Positions 46,963-55,888 of a stretch of DNA of 64,000 nucleotides are shown piece after piece; the first letter of the stretch is position 1, and each line of letters starts with the position of its first letter. A model generated the notes under the pieces. The model was not told where the DNA came from and made no database searches. It saw nothing but the letters and a program-made list of their open reading frames with translations. A program made the translations under genes and the position numbers. Source of the stretch: a virus; IMG/VR virus record IMGVR_UViG_3300046516_001541, positions 16,083-80,082 of that record; one strand, 5' to 3'.

Positions 46963-47465
46963 TGCCGGCGATCGAATTGCGGCTGATCATATATGCCGTC
47001 CTATCACTGGGGCTGCTCGGGGGCGCCGGTTGGACTGGGTACAAAATCACGTCGATGCATTATGAGACTGTGATGGGCAAAGATCAGACTGCCCGGGACA
47101 CAGCGGTTCAGACGGCGGAATTGAATGTGATCGCCCTACAAAAAGAGCGTGACACTCTCAAGCAACAGGTGGAGAAAGATCATGCGCTCATGGTGCAGAC
47201 CGACGCTACTGCTCGCGACGCTATCCTTGGCAGCGTGCGTGGGCTCGAAGACGCGCTACATCTCGGCGCCATGTCCAGACCAATGGATCATTCCGGAAAA
47301 CCTGGCGGAGCCGGCGCAGGGACCAGCAGCAATAGCGAGATTTCAAATCTCATTGGACAACTTAACGACAGCTTTAAAGAAGCTCTCGCCGGTTGTCAGC
47401 ACGATAGCACCGAGCTCACCGGGATCCTCGCAATAGCGCCGAAAGCGCCAATTTCGATCAATTAG
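46959..47465 (+). CDS. Inner-membrane spanin (Rz-like)
   Basis: Single N-terminal TM helix then coiled coil; follows the endolysin. Confidence 0.75.
   Translation: MMPAIELRLIIYAVLSLGLLGGAGWTGYKITSMHYETVMGKDQTARDTAVQTAELNVIALQKERDTLKQQVEKDHALMVQTDATARDAILGSVRGLEDALHLGAMSRPMDHSGKPGGAGAGTSSNSEISNLIGQLNDSFKEALAGCQHDSTELTGILAIAPKAPISIN
47182..47436 (+). CDS. Outer-membrane lipoprotein spanin (Rz1-like), embedded in the +1 frame
   Basis: GGAG SD; MRSWCRPTLLLATLSLAAC lipobox; Pro-rich mature part. Confidence 0.8.
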   Translation: MRSWCRPTLLLATLSLAACVGSKTRYISAPCPDQWIIPENLAEPAQGPAAIARFQISLDNLTTALKKLSPVVSTIAPSSPGSSQ

Positions 47466-47782
47466 AATTCCGGATCCGCCAGCGGCGGCATCGGGGCGAT
47501 TGGAGCAGATTTCGCCGCCACGGCGGCGGCCTGATGCTCAGCGAGGGCGCGTTCCATGGCTGGACCAAAGCGTTCACCGTAGAGACGGCGACCGCATGCC
47601 TGCCAGGTCTCGGGCTCCTTCTTCCCGTTCATGGCATTGCGTCGACCGTGCGGTGTCGTGGCGCCATAGCCCTTGGCGATGACGAATCGAGCGAAATGTT
47701 CGATTTGCGCCGGCCGAAACTGTTCGTAGTAATCGCAGACATCAGCCAGCGTGAAAAGAGGTTTTCCGCCGCTCGGTTCCAT
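47462..47782 (-). CDS. Hypothetical protein
   Basis: MEPSGGK... coupled to the upstream stop; converges on the spanin gene. Confidence 0.55.
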   Translation of the reverse strand: MEPSGGKPLFTLADVCDYYEQFRPAQIEHFARFVIAKGYGATTPHGRRNAMNGKKEPETWQACGRRLYGERFGPAMERALAEHQAAAVAAKSAPIAPMPPLADPEF

Positions 47783-48429
47783 CAGACCGCCGGCGGCAAT
47801 CTCGCGCGATATTGCGGGCAATTGCCCTGATGTCCTGGGCCTACTGGACCGTCATGTCCGCAGGAGCACAGAGACGCGCCGGCTTTCTCCGAAGCTCCAT
47901 AGCTGGCGGGCAGCGTGCGCAGCGCGTCGATGGCATACCCGAAGATGTCCCGCTCGCCCTCTAACTGCTCGCGGCAGCCAAGGATCGATTCATGGGTGCT
48001 CTTGAGGGAACTGATGCGCCCATCGCGGAACCGCTCCAGCAGGCCAATAGCGAGCGCTACGCGGCACGGATCGCGGGCGACCGCTAACGTCTCGTGCGAG
48101 AGTCCAGCCACGTATTCATTCCACCCACAGTCGCAAGCGGGGGCCCGTGCTTTGTAGTGCGCAAGGCGATATGCGCAATTGCTGGCGTGGTCGCCATACT
48201 TGGCTACGGTCCCGCGCAGCCGCTCAACTTCTTCGCACAGCCACTCGATATCATCGATGCCCGCCTGGCGTGGTGTCTGTTTAATAATGCCGAGACGTTC
48301 AATTGAACTCGGATTTCCAATCGGCCGATAACACTTCTCACAAAGCGACCCGAGGCCGTGATCGACTAGCGCGGGCTCTGGCTTGGAGCAGTCGCAATAC
48401 TCATTTGAGGTGCGAGCAACTTCGTTCAT
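47782..48429 (-). CDS. Mosaic Cys-rich early protein
   Basis: Several Cys/His knuckles joined by RTSNE, SHET and SEKAG linkers. Confidence 0.6.
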   Translation of the reverse strand: MNEVARTSNEYCDCSKPEPALVDHGLGSLCEKCYRPIGNPSSIERLGIIKQTPRQAGIDDIEWLCEEVERLRGTVAKYGDHASNCAYRLAHYKARAPACDCGWNEYVAGLSHETLAVARDPCRVALAIGLLERFRDGRISSLKSTHESILGCREQLEGERDIFGYAIDALRTLPASYGASEKAGASLCSCGHDGPVGPGHQGNCPQYRARLPPAV

Positions 48430-48980
48430 GATCGCTCTTCGCTGACTTTCGGTGCCTTGCTGATGACCTTATCAACCTCTTCATCGAGTCGATCGCCTGA
48501 TAGGTGGCACACCTCTTTGTCCCCGAAAATCTCGACCGTGACATCATCGCTCGCCTTGGCGGCTCTCAGGCAACGATAGCGGGCCGCGTCGCGTATATCG
48601 TTTGTCGGAGGAATGCACATCAGTCCCAACGTCTCCGGGAATTTCTTGGCATCCTCCAGACCTCGCGCATAGCCTTTCTCCTCCTCTCGGAGCAATGCTG
48701 TGCTGTGCTGAGCGCCGAGCGCATAAAACTGCTGAAACGCCGCGTTATCCTCTTGATGATATATGCGCAACTCTTGCTGCGCCTCGCGGAGCATTTTCAC
48801 GATCAACCCTTCCGTGGCGTTCAACTTACAAGCCACGTTGTCCGCGCAATCATCGATTTGAACGCCGAAGTGATCGGCCGCTGCGGCGTGGTCGGTAAAA
48901 ACTTCGTCGCAATGGAAACAACGCCATTCTTTTTTAGTTGCTTCAGTTGAAGCGGGAGCGACGGTGACAAGGTCATTCAT
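48426..48980 (-). CDS. Phage protein with zinc finger and Ead/Ea22-like RDAARYR segment
   Basis: WRCFHCDEVF....AA.DHFG; DAARYR.LR. Confidence 0.65.
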   Translation of the reverse strand: MNDLVTVAPASTEATKKEWRCFHCDEVFTDHAAAADHFGVQIDDCADNVACKLNATEGLIVKMLREAQQELRIYHQEDNAAFQQFYALGAQHSTALLREEEKGYARGLEDAKKFPETLGLMCIPPTNDIRDAARYRCLRAAKASDDVTVEIFGDKEVCHLSGDRLDEEVDKVISKAPKVSEERS

Positions 48981-49186
48981 GTTGGTAGCACCTTAAGCGC
49001 TCGTTTTGGCACTTGCGTTGTCATATTTCCGCTGATGGTCTCTAATCCACCGATCAATTTGAATCGGCTGCCAGGCACCGCCTTGATCGTATAGCGGAAA
49101 CCGTTTTCTCCTACGATCATGACTCGCACAGGCCCGCGGCCTGAAATTGTGATTTCGCCGAATCGTTGCGGCTTTTCGGCACTCAC
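48977..49186 (-). CDS. Hypothetical protein
   Basis: Coupled ORF. Confidence 0.5.
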   Translation of the reverse strand: MSAEKPQRFGEITISGRGPVRVMIVGENGFRYTIKAVPGSRFKLIGGLETISGNMTTQVPKRALKVLPT

Positions 49187-49626
49187 GGTTCTGAGATTCC
49201 CAGTTCTTTGTTGGCAACGCGACCTAATGCCTCGTCATCGATATCAAACAGTCCTTGAGCGCCCCGCCATGGCCATGGGCCGATACAACTCACCTTGTCC
49301 AATATAAAGCACCATGGACCGCTCGTATGCTCGTGGAGCGTCAACCATGGATATTTCAGCAAAATCGCAGGACTCACAGTATCGAGATGCACGCAATCGA
49401 CCAGCGTCGCAATGGCGATCACGGCGCCGAACGACATCTGGGCAACCGGAATGTTGTAACTAACATCAACCGTTTTAGTCTCGTCGAGACTAAGCCAGTT
49501 ACGATTCTTGCCAGCGTGGATATAAAGCGGTCCGCGATAAGGCGTCGACCACGTTCGATTCTCGACCCGCTTTGCGCCGCGCGCGATCAAAGTTGCATAC
49601 GGTTCGCATATTGTTAGTGCTTTCAT
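49183..49626 (-). CDS. ASCH-domain protein
   Basis: MKALTI.EPYA.LI..G.K.VENR.W...YRG.L.IHAG...RGAQGLF. Confidence 0.9.
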   Translation of the reverse strand: MKALTICEPYATLIARGAKRVENRTWSTPYRGPLYIHAGKNRNWLSLDETKTVDVSYNIPVAQMSFGAVIAIATLVDCVHLDTVSPAILLKYPWLTLHEHTSGPWCFILDKVSCIGPWPWRGAQGLFDIDDEALGRVANKELGISEP

Positions 49627-49778
49627 ATGAGCGCCAACTTTACAACGCCGACCACTACCATGAGGAAGAAAAACACGGATGTGATCTTATCCATGATATC
49701 GGGCGCAGGATTGTTCACGATCCATATCCCAAATACTCCAAACAGAACCAAAACGATATCTGCCACCAGAGCGATCAT
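49623..49778 (-). CDS. Small two-TM membrane protein, 51 aa (not in the ORF track)
   Basis: MIALVADIVLVLFGVFGIWIVNNPAPDIMDKITSVFFFLMVVVGVVKLALI; ATGA overlaps at both ends. Confidence 0.6.
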   Translation of the reverse strand: MIALVADIVLVLFGVFGIWIVNNPAPDIMDKITSVFFFLMVVVGVVKLALI

Positions 49779-50335
49779 ATGCCTCTCCGATTTTCCCTAT
49801 CATCATGGGCTTGCTTGGCAAGCTCGGGATTTTCTGCAGCCCTATCACGCGAGTGTTCTCTTGCATGCTCTGCTCGCGTCAATGATTGCAAATTCGTAGG
49901 AACATCGTTCATGGTATTTCTATCTTGATGATGCACCAACATTCCTTTTGGGAGCGGCCCATGATTTTCTTCCCACACTAACACCGCTCTCAGCTTCCAT
50001 ATATTCGGATCGCTAATCTTTACCCATGCACGCGGACCGTCTGATTTATGCGTTCGAATACGAATGCTGCCGATCGGCAACCATTTTTCAGAACATCGAC
50101 CTTTTTTATATTCAGTTTCAGGGTTTAGATGCAGTCCTTTCAATCCGGCATTCCATGTTTTATGGCCGTGTTGGAACCAACTTGGATTGCTTTTGGCTGG
50201 CTTTCTTGTTGCATTCAAATTAGCCACCATAGCCAATCCCCTGCAGCGACGTGAGCAGTACTTGAATCTTTTTACCCACGATGGCGGGATTCTTTTTTCT
50301 GCGCTGCACTGGATGCAGTATACCAATATGCTCAT
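49775..50335 (-). CDS. HNH endonuclease with N-terminal zinc finger
   Basis: YCSRRC; VWEE.HGPLPKG.LVHH.D.N..ND...NL..L...EH...H. Confidence 0.85.
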   Translation of the reverse strand: MSILVYCIQCSAEKRIPPSWVKRFKYCSRRCRGLAMVANLNATRKPAKSNPSWFQHGHKTWNAGLKGLHLNPETEYKKGRCSEKWLPIGSIRIRTHKSDGPRAWVKISDPNIWKLRAVLVWEENHGPLPKGMLVHHQDRNTMNDVPTNLQSLTRAEHAREHSRDRAAENPELAKQAHDDRENRRGI

Positions 50336-51438
50336 ATGCCCATGCCAATCTGAGTTGAACGCAGGCTGTTTGCCATTTTGACATACTCAGGGTTTAGTTC
50401 GCACCCTATATAATTTCTTCCCAAATCCAATGCAACAGATCCAACAGTGCCTGATCCGTGGAATGGATCGAAAATCGTATCGCCTGGCCGGCTACCGGCC
50501 AGAATGCAACGGCGAACCAATTCCTGGGGGAACGTGGCGAAGTGTGCGCCCGGGAACGGTTCGGTCGGAATTTTCCAGACTGTACGGATGTTGCGCGTCG
50601 AAACAGTGTCTGTTACCACAGCTGAAAACGATTCGTTTTGCTTACGCTCGCGCCGGTTAGCGCCGCGTCCAAATTTGTTTGAATCATCCATTGTCTGTTT
50701 CGCACGAGCATGATCTTTTGCGCTGTGAGAGCCTTCGCCGGTGGCCCAGCCTGAGACGGGTGTCTGTGCTTTCGGATTGACGCCACCGGTCCGCGGCTTT
50801 TCATCCGTGGCGTATCCCCAGCCAACTCCTGTATGCGACTTGGCCGCGCGAGCATGCGATTGAGGACTGGCGGGTTCAGCAATTGCGGCGGCATCGTAGT
50901 GATATTGCGCGGACTTGGCGAACAGAAAAATATACTCATGGCCTTTCGTGGGTCGATCGGTCATGGATTCCGGCATCGGATTCGATTTTTCCCAGATAAT
51001 GTCGGACCGCAGCCACCAACCCTCGTCCTGCAGCGCGAATGCGACTCGCCATGGCTGGCCCATCAAATCCTTGGGCTTGAGTCCGGTGATTCGCTTACTG
51101 CGTCCAACACGTTTACGATTCGCATCATCGAGATAGGCTTGTTTCCCGCCGGTCTCGCCACCCCATTTGCCATCATTGGCATAGGCATCGCCGAGATTCA
51201 GCCATAGTGTTCCATCATCGGCGAGTATGTCGCGCGCAAGGTGAAACACTTCAACAATCTGCTCCAGCCATTCGCTGAGCGAAGGTTCCAGTCCGATGGC
51301 ACCATCGACGTCATAATCCCTCAAACCCCAGTAGGGAGGCGACGTGCAGATTGTTTGAACCTTTACGCCATCGGCGATCATCTGTCGCATCAACTTGCGG
51401 CAATCGCCAACATGCGTTTTGTTGAGCCAGTCATTCAT
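50332..51438 (-). CDS. N6-adenine/N4-cytosine DNA methyltransferase (beta class), orphan
   Basis: TSPPY catalytic motif precedes the DPFHGSGT SAM-binding motif; HFATFP; start reassigned to ATG51438. Confidence 0.92.
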   Translation of the reverse strand: MNDWLNKTHVGDCRKLMRQMIADGVKVQTICTSPPYWGLRDYDVDGAIGLEPSLSEWLEQIVEVFHLARDILADDGTLWLNLGDAYANDGKWGGETGGKQAYLDDANRKRVGRSKRITGLKPKDLMGQPWRVAFALQDEGWWLRSDIIWEKSNPMPESMTDRPTKGHEYIFLFAKSAQYHYDAAAIAEPASPQSHARAAKSHTGVGWGYATDEKPRTGGVNPKAQTPVSGWATGEGSHSAKDHARAKQTMDDSNKFGRGANRRERKQNESFSAVVTDTVSTRNIRTVWKIPTEPFPGAHFATFPQELVRRCILAGSRPGDTIFDPFHGSGTVGSVALDLGRNYIGCELNPEYVKMANSLRSTQIGMGI

Positions 51439-51445
51439 TTCCTGA

Positions 51446-51691
51446 CTATTCCGTGAATCCCTGCCAATCGCAAGGCGGCTGAGCTGCATCGACGCGAAAA
51501 CCAACAGCTCCGTATTGCGAGCACTGCCACCATCCCGCCATTGAGGAATTGCGCCGCAGCTCGCGCGCGCATTTCGGGCAGCGACCGGTAGCGACCGCTC
51601 GGCGCACCTCGGCACGGGCTGCCTCCATGCGAGCGTGACTCGCTTTGTTCGCGGCACGAGTGGAAGTACGTTTCTGGGCGGCGGTCAGCAT
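51446..51691 (-). CDS. Small zinc-ribbon protein
   Basis: CPKC...WWQC...C; GGAG SD; first gene after the leftward promoter. Confidence 0.65.
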   Translation of the reverse strand: MLTAAQKRTSTRAANKASHARMEAARAEVRRAVATGRCPKCARELRRNSSMAGWWQCSQYGAVGFRVDAAQPPCDWQGFTE

Positions 51692-51727
51692 GATGAAAGA
51701 CTCCGGGAGAATTGCTTGATGAATTTG

Positions 51728-51778
51728 AATGTACGCACATTTGCGTAGCTTGTCAAGCAATCCGTGGATGTGTAGAAT
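51728..51778. promoter_or_regulatory. Overlapping divergent sigma70-like promoters with an operator-like palindrome
   Basis: Leftward TTGACA-17-TACATT; rightward TTGTCA-17-TAGAAT; palindrome TACGCA-catt-TGCGTA at 51732-51747. Confidence 0.7.
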
Positions 51779-51786
51779 CCTGCTGC

Positions 51787-52029
51787 ATGAACGATCCAAT
51801 TGCAATGCTCAAAGAGCGCCTGACCAGCCCCGATCTCACGCAGGCTGATTTGGCCACGCGAATCGGTATCAGTCCTCAGTTTTTGTCGGAAATTCTCAAA
51901 GGAAAGAGGAACCCCAGCAAAACCGTTCTGGATTTCCTGGGTCTTGAGAAGCACGTCACGTATCTGCCGAGAGTCTCGGCTGTAGCGACCGGCGCCGATC
52001 GTCGATCTCGAAATCGCCGCCGCGCGTGA
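51787..52029 (+). CDS. XRE-family HTH regulator
   Basis: TQADLATRIGISPQFLSEILKGKRNPS. Confidence 0.85.
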   Translation: MNDPIAMLKERLTSPDLTQADLATRIGISPQFLSEILKGKRNPSKTVLDFLGLEKHVTYLPRVSAVATGADRRSRNRRRA

Positions 52030-52110
52030 TACCGCGCTCCCTGCTCTAACCGTAGGTGCTTGCGCATCTGACAGGTTCATTTTCGTCACCCAGACCGCAC
52101 GGACAACAAT

Positions 52111-53934
52111 ATGAAACCGTCACTCGGGAAATTCGAAAACGGCCGCAATGCCGTGATCGATATCAAAACACTCGTTGTCTCGCGCATGCTGGTCCAGGCG
52201 AATTCGGGAGCAGGCAAGTCGTATCTGATCCGGCGATTACTCGAAGTGACGTTCGGGCTCATCCAGCAGATCGTCATTGATCGCGAAGGCGAATTTGCGT
52301 CGTTGCGGGAAAAATTCGACTACGTCATCGCGGCACCTCATGGCGGCGATGCGCTGGCGCACCCGAAAACGGCCAAGCTCCTCGCGATCCGCCTCCTTGA
52401 GACCGGTGTCAGCGCCATCATTGATATTTCCGAGCTGAAGAAGCACGAGCAGCAGACGTTCGTGCGGATCTTTTTCGATGCCATGGTGAATGCGCCGAAA
52501 ATCTTGTGGCATCCCGTCATGGTCGTGCTGGACGAGGCGCACCTCTTCTGTCCTGAAAAGGGCAGCGCCGAGGCGTCCGCCGCCGTGATCGACATGGCCA
52601 GCCTCGGGCGCAAGCGCGGATTCTGTCTGGTCGCTGCTACTCAGCGATTGTCGAAATTCAACAAAGACGTTGCCGCAGAGCTGCTCAACAAGCTCATCGG
52701 GCGCACATCACTGGTGCTCGACGTGAAGCGCGCAGCAGAAGAATTGGGCATGACTCCGAAAGAAGCGATTCCGATTTTGCGCAATCAGGAACCTGGGCGC
52801 TTCTTCTGCTACGGCCCAGCGCTGTCCCCTGCCGTGGAACTGGTCACCATTGGTCCAGTTGTCACCACTCATCCGAAACCGGGCCAGCGGCGCGCACACG
52901 CGCCCCCCAAGCCGACCAAAGCGATTCGGGACATCCTTCCCAAGCTGGCGGATCTGCCGAAGGAAGCCGAGCAGGAGGCACGCTCGATCGAGGAACTGCG
53001 ACAGGAGCTTGCGAACGTTCGGCGCGAGCTCGGCCAGGCGAAAAAGGAGGATGGCCCGAAGATCACCAAAGCGGAATTGGCGGCGGAATATCGCCGCGGG
53101 CGCGATGAAGCAGGAACGGTCACCGCGTCCGCGCTGGTCACTCGGCTGCGGACCGCCTTGGAGAACGTCATGAAGTTTGTCGTCCAAATCAACGCAATCG
53201 ATTTCTCGAAGGCTACCGATTTGGATCCTGGCGAATTGGCTAAGGCCATGAAATCGGCGGTTGATCAGGCCATGAAGTTGGTCGATGCCAAACTAGCCGG
53301 TCGTCAGAAAACGCTCGAATCCCTGCAGCGGGACGGCGGGCGGCTCATTGCTTCCGTACAGAAACTGCTTGCCGATGACAAGGTTGAAATCAAACTCGAC
53401 GTAAAGAAACAAAAGCCGTTCGAAGTTTCACCGACTCCGCCACCGAAAGCGCCACGGGCTGTACGGGAAGCGGTCCCGGGCAATGGCTCATTGCCCAAAG
53501 GCGAGGCAGCCGTTCTCGCCGCCTGCATCATGTATCCGAATGGTGTCAGCCGGGAACAGTTGACCGTGCTGACGGCTTACAAGCGCAGCTCACGCGATGC
53601 CTATATTCAGCGTCTGCGCGAACGTGGATACGTTGAGACGGGCGATCTAATTCGCGCTACTGAGTCCGGCGCTGCGGCACTTCCGGATGCACGACCGTTG
53701 CCAGTAGGCGAGGAGTTGCGCGATTATTGGCTGACAAAGTTGCCAGAAGGTGAGCGCAAAATTCTCACCGTACTGATCGAGGCGCATCCAGAACCGATGG
53801 ACCGAACGGCGTTAGATCAGGCGGGCTATCAGCGCTCCTCTCGAGATGCCTATCTGCAAAGACTGCGTGCGAAGGAACTTGTGACCGAACCCGCGCGCGG
53901 TCAGGTGAAAGCCAGCGACAATTTGTTTACTTGA
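52111..53934 (+). CDS. HerA/FtsK-like ATPase (DUF87-type) with coiled coil and tandem C-terminal winged helices
   Basis: ANSGAGKS, VIDREGEF, VLDEAH, GRKRG, ATQR motifs; duplicated Y.RSSRDAY.QRLR. Confidence 0.85.
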   Translation: MKPSLGKFENGRNAVIDIKTLVVSRMLVQANSGAGKSYLIRRLLEVTFGLIQQIVIDREGEFASLREKFDYVIAAPHGGDALAHPKTAKLLAIRLLETGVSAIIDISELKKHEQQTFVRIFFDAMVNAPKILWHPVMVVLDEAHLFCPEKGSAEASAAVIDMASLGRKRGFCLVAATQRLSKFNKDVAAELLNKLIGRTSLVLDVKRAAEELGMTPKEAIPILRNQEPGRFFCYGPALSPAVELVTIGPVVTTHPKPGQRRAHAPPKPTKAIRDILPKLADLPKEAEQEARSIEELRQELANVRRELGQAKKEDGPKITKAELAAEYRRGRDEAGTVTASALVTRLRTALENVMKFVVQINAIDFSKATDLDPGELAKAMKSAVDQAMKLVDAKLAGRQKTLESLQRDGGRLIASVQKLLADDKVEIKLDVKKQKPFEVSPTPPPKAPRAVREAVPGNGSLPKGEAAVLAACIMYPNGVSREQLTVLTAYKRSSRDAYIQRLRERGYVETGDLIRATESGAAALPDARPLPVGEELRDYWLTKLPEGERKILTVLIEAHPEPMDRTALDQAGYQRSSRDAYLQRLRAKELVTEPARGQVKASDNLFT

Positions 53935-54164
53935 GCACCAGATTCATGAAATTCAAAGTGCGGATTAAGGCGATCATTGATCAACAGCAACTCGTTTCGC
54001 TGGTTCGATCAGCGCCTATTACTGCGACAGCGATCCCAATTGCCGAATTTCATTGCGGACCTTTTCAATGCGACACAATCGAGGATGTCTGGGCGATCGT
54101 AACTGAAACGGTAGCGCAGGAACGCCAGTCCGCGTACGAGAAATTGAAGGATTTCGCTCCATGA
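53931..54164 (+). CDS. Small hypothetical protein
   Basis: Coupled between the ATPase and trigger factor genes. Confidence 0.5.
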   Translation: MSTRFMKFKVRIKAIIDQQQLVSLVRSAPITATAIPIAEFHCGPFQCDTIEDVWAIVTETVAQERQSAYEKLKDFAP

Positions 54165-55861
54165 CTAACGAACTGCGCCGCACGATCGACATCGAGTTAC
54201 CTGACTCTCAGATCGAGAGGGCTCTAAATCAAAAATTCCCTTTTCGGCATGGAAAACTGCCTGCATTCTCCTATCTCCGCAAGAAATATGGCGATGACTT
54301 TCTGACTGAAATCCTTCAGGCATTGTTGACAGAGAGGATCAACACGGAAATCGCCGCTCTCAAAATGGACATCGCCAGTGGCATAGAAGTTATGTCGCTG
54401 TGGAATACGTGGGATCAGCCATTGCGGTATCGGTATCGCGTGCAGTTCGAGGTATTTCCCGAATTCACGCTGCAGGGCCTGGATGCCTTGACGATGCCGG
54501 CTATTGCGCCTGTTCGGATCGACGATGCCCAGGTCGATGCATTCATCGAGATTATGCGACGCGAGCGATCGCCATGGCGGCATGTGAACCGCTGCGCTCT
54601 CCCGGGCGACCGCGTCGTAATCAATTTCAATGGGACCATTGATGGCGAGACGTTTCCTGGCGGCCGAGGTCAGGCGGCGAAAATCGAATTAGGCGCGGGT
54701 GGCATGTTGCCGGCATTTGAGCATGCATTGATGGCTGCGATGCCAGATGAGGATTTGTCTTTTCCGATTACTTTCCCCGCAGATTATCAAACATCTTTTT
54801 TGGCCGGGAAGACGGCGCAATTCGAGGTGCATATTGTTGACATTCAGGCGATTGATCTGTTGCCGCTCGACGATGAGTTTGCTAAGCGCTTCGGCGTTAC
54901 AGAGGGCATTGCGGCAATGCGCGAAGGAATGCGCAAAAATCTTGAGCGACAGCATCAGGAGCAGGATCAGCGCGATATCAGCAATTCATTGCTCACTCAG
55001 CTGGCGGCGGCGAACCCTATCCCGTTGCCAGACTCGTTAGTCGATCAACACATCCGGGCTATTCAGGCTGAGATGGCGCCGCGCGCCGGTCATCCGACAG
55101 AGCAAATCTATATTGACGCGGGCATGATCGCGACGGCCCGCCATCGAACCCATCTGGGAATTTTAGTACGCGAACTGATCAAGACTGAACACATCGAGGT
55201 TGATGCCAGTCAAATCGATGTGCGCATGGAAAGCATGGCGGCGGCAGCAACGGGCGCTCCTGCCGAGCTCATCCGGCATAATCCCGCGATAATTCAGCAG
55301 GTCCGTGCTGAGTTATTGCAAGAGCGCGTCATTAACTGGTTGATTTTCCGCGCCAAGCAGAATACTGACACGGTCGCGTCACGATCATCCATTAGAAAGG
55401 ATCGCACCATGCACAATCCATTTCATCGGCATCATCATTCTCATTCCCACGAACCGCCTTTTGCCGCTATTATCACCGACGCTTTCCTGCACGTCCGGTA
55501 TCACCGGCATACACACCATGGAGCACACACAGTGAGCACAGTTACACTCAAAGGCACGACTCCGATCGCGCGCACTGACGGCAGCGCGCTGGCTCTGACC
55601 GACATCGCTTCCATCGACGTTTTCGACGATGTTGGCGATGGCAATGGCCCACAGAACATTGGCAGCGTTCCCAACCCTGGCGCGACATTCGAATTCACGA
55701 CCGGCGTTCTGACCGCCGGCGTGACGCACAACTTCACAGTCGTGGTCAATGACACGACCGGTCACAAGTCCGCCCCGTCCAATGCGATTCCGATTCCGGT
55801 TCCCGCGACCCTTGCGGCGCCGAATGCTGTGGCCGATCTCGTCGGCACGCTGAATGCCTGA
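54161..55861 (+). CDS. tig: Divergent trigger factor homologue, in frame with a His-rich linker and an FN3-like domain
   Basis: FRHGKLP (GFRxGKxP signature), FEVFPE, FKBP domain GDRV.INF.G.IDGE.F.GG...TFP.DY...LAGK.A.F.V, LDDEFAK; no stop before the FN3-like part. Confidence 0.88.
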   Translation: MTNELRRTIDIELPDSQIERALNQKFPFRHGKLPAFSYLRKKYGDDFLTEILQALLTERINTEIAALKMDIASGIEVMSLWNTWDQPLRYRYRVQFEVFPEFTLQGLDALTMPAIAPVRIDDAQVDAFIEIMRRERSPWRHVNRCALPGDRVVINFNGTIDGETFPGGRGQAAKIELGAGGMLPAFEHALMAAMPDEDLSFPITFPADYQTSFLAGKTAQFEVHIVDIQAIDLLPLDDEFAKRFGVTEGIAAMREGMRKNLERQHQEQDQRDISNSLLTQLAAANPIPLPDSLVDQHIRAIQAEMAPRAGHPTEQIYIDAGMIATARHRTHLGILVRELIKTEHIEVDASQIDVRMESMAAAATGAPAELIRHNPAIIQQVRAELLQERVINWLIFRAKQNTDTVASRSSIRKDRTMHNPFHRHHHSHSHEPPFAAIITDAFLHVRYHRHTHHGAHTVSTVTLKGTTPIARTDGSALALTDIASIDVFDDVGDGNGPQNIGSVPNPGATFEFTTGVLTAGVTHNFTVVVNDTTGHKSAPSNAIPIPVPATLAAPNAVADLVGTLNA

Positions 55862-55888
55862 TAGCCTCGAGTTACATCATCGACAGAG

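Noticed and set aside
49775-51438. Methyltransferase plus HNH as a restriction-modification pair
   Set aside because: The HNH looks like the common free-standing phage type, and orphan MTases are routine in phages
51439-51657. N-terminal extension of the methyltransferase ORF
   Set aside because: It overlaps the zinc-ribbon gene; recognisable MTase sequence starts at MNDWLNK, with AGGA upstream
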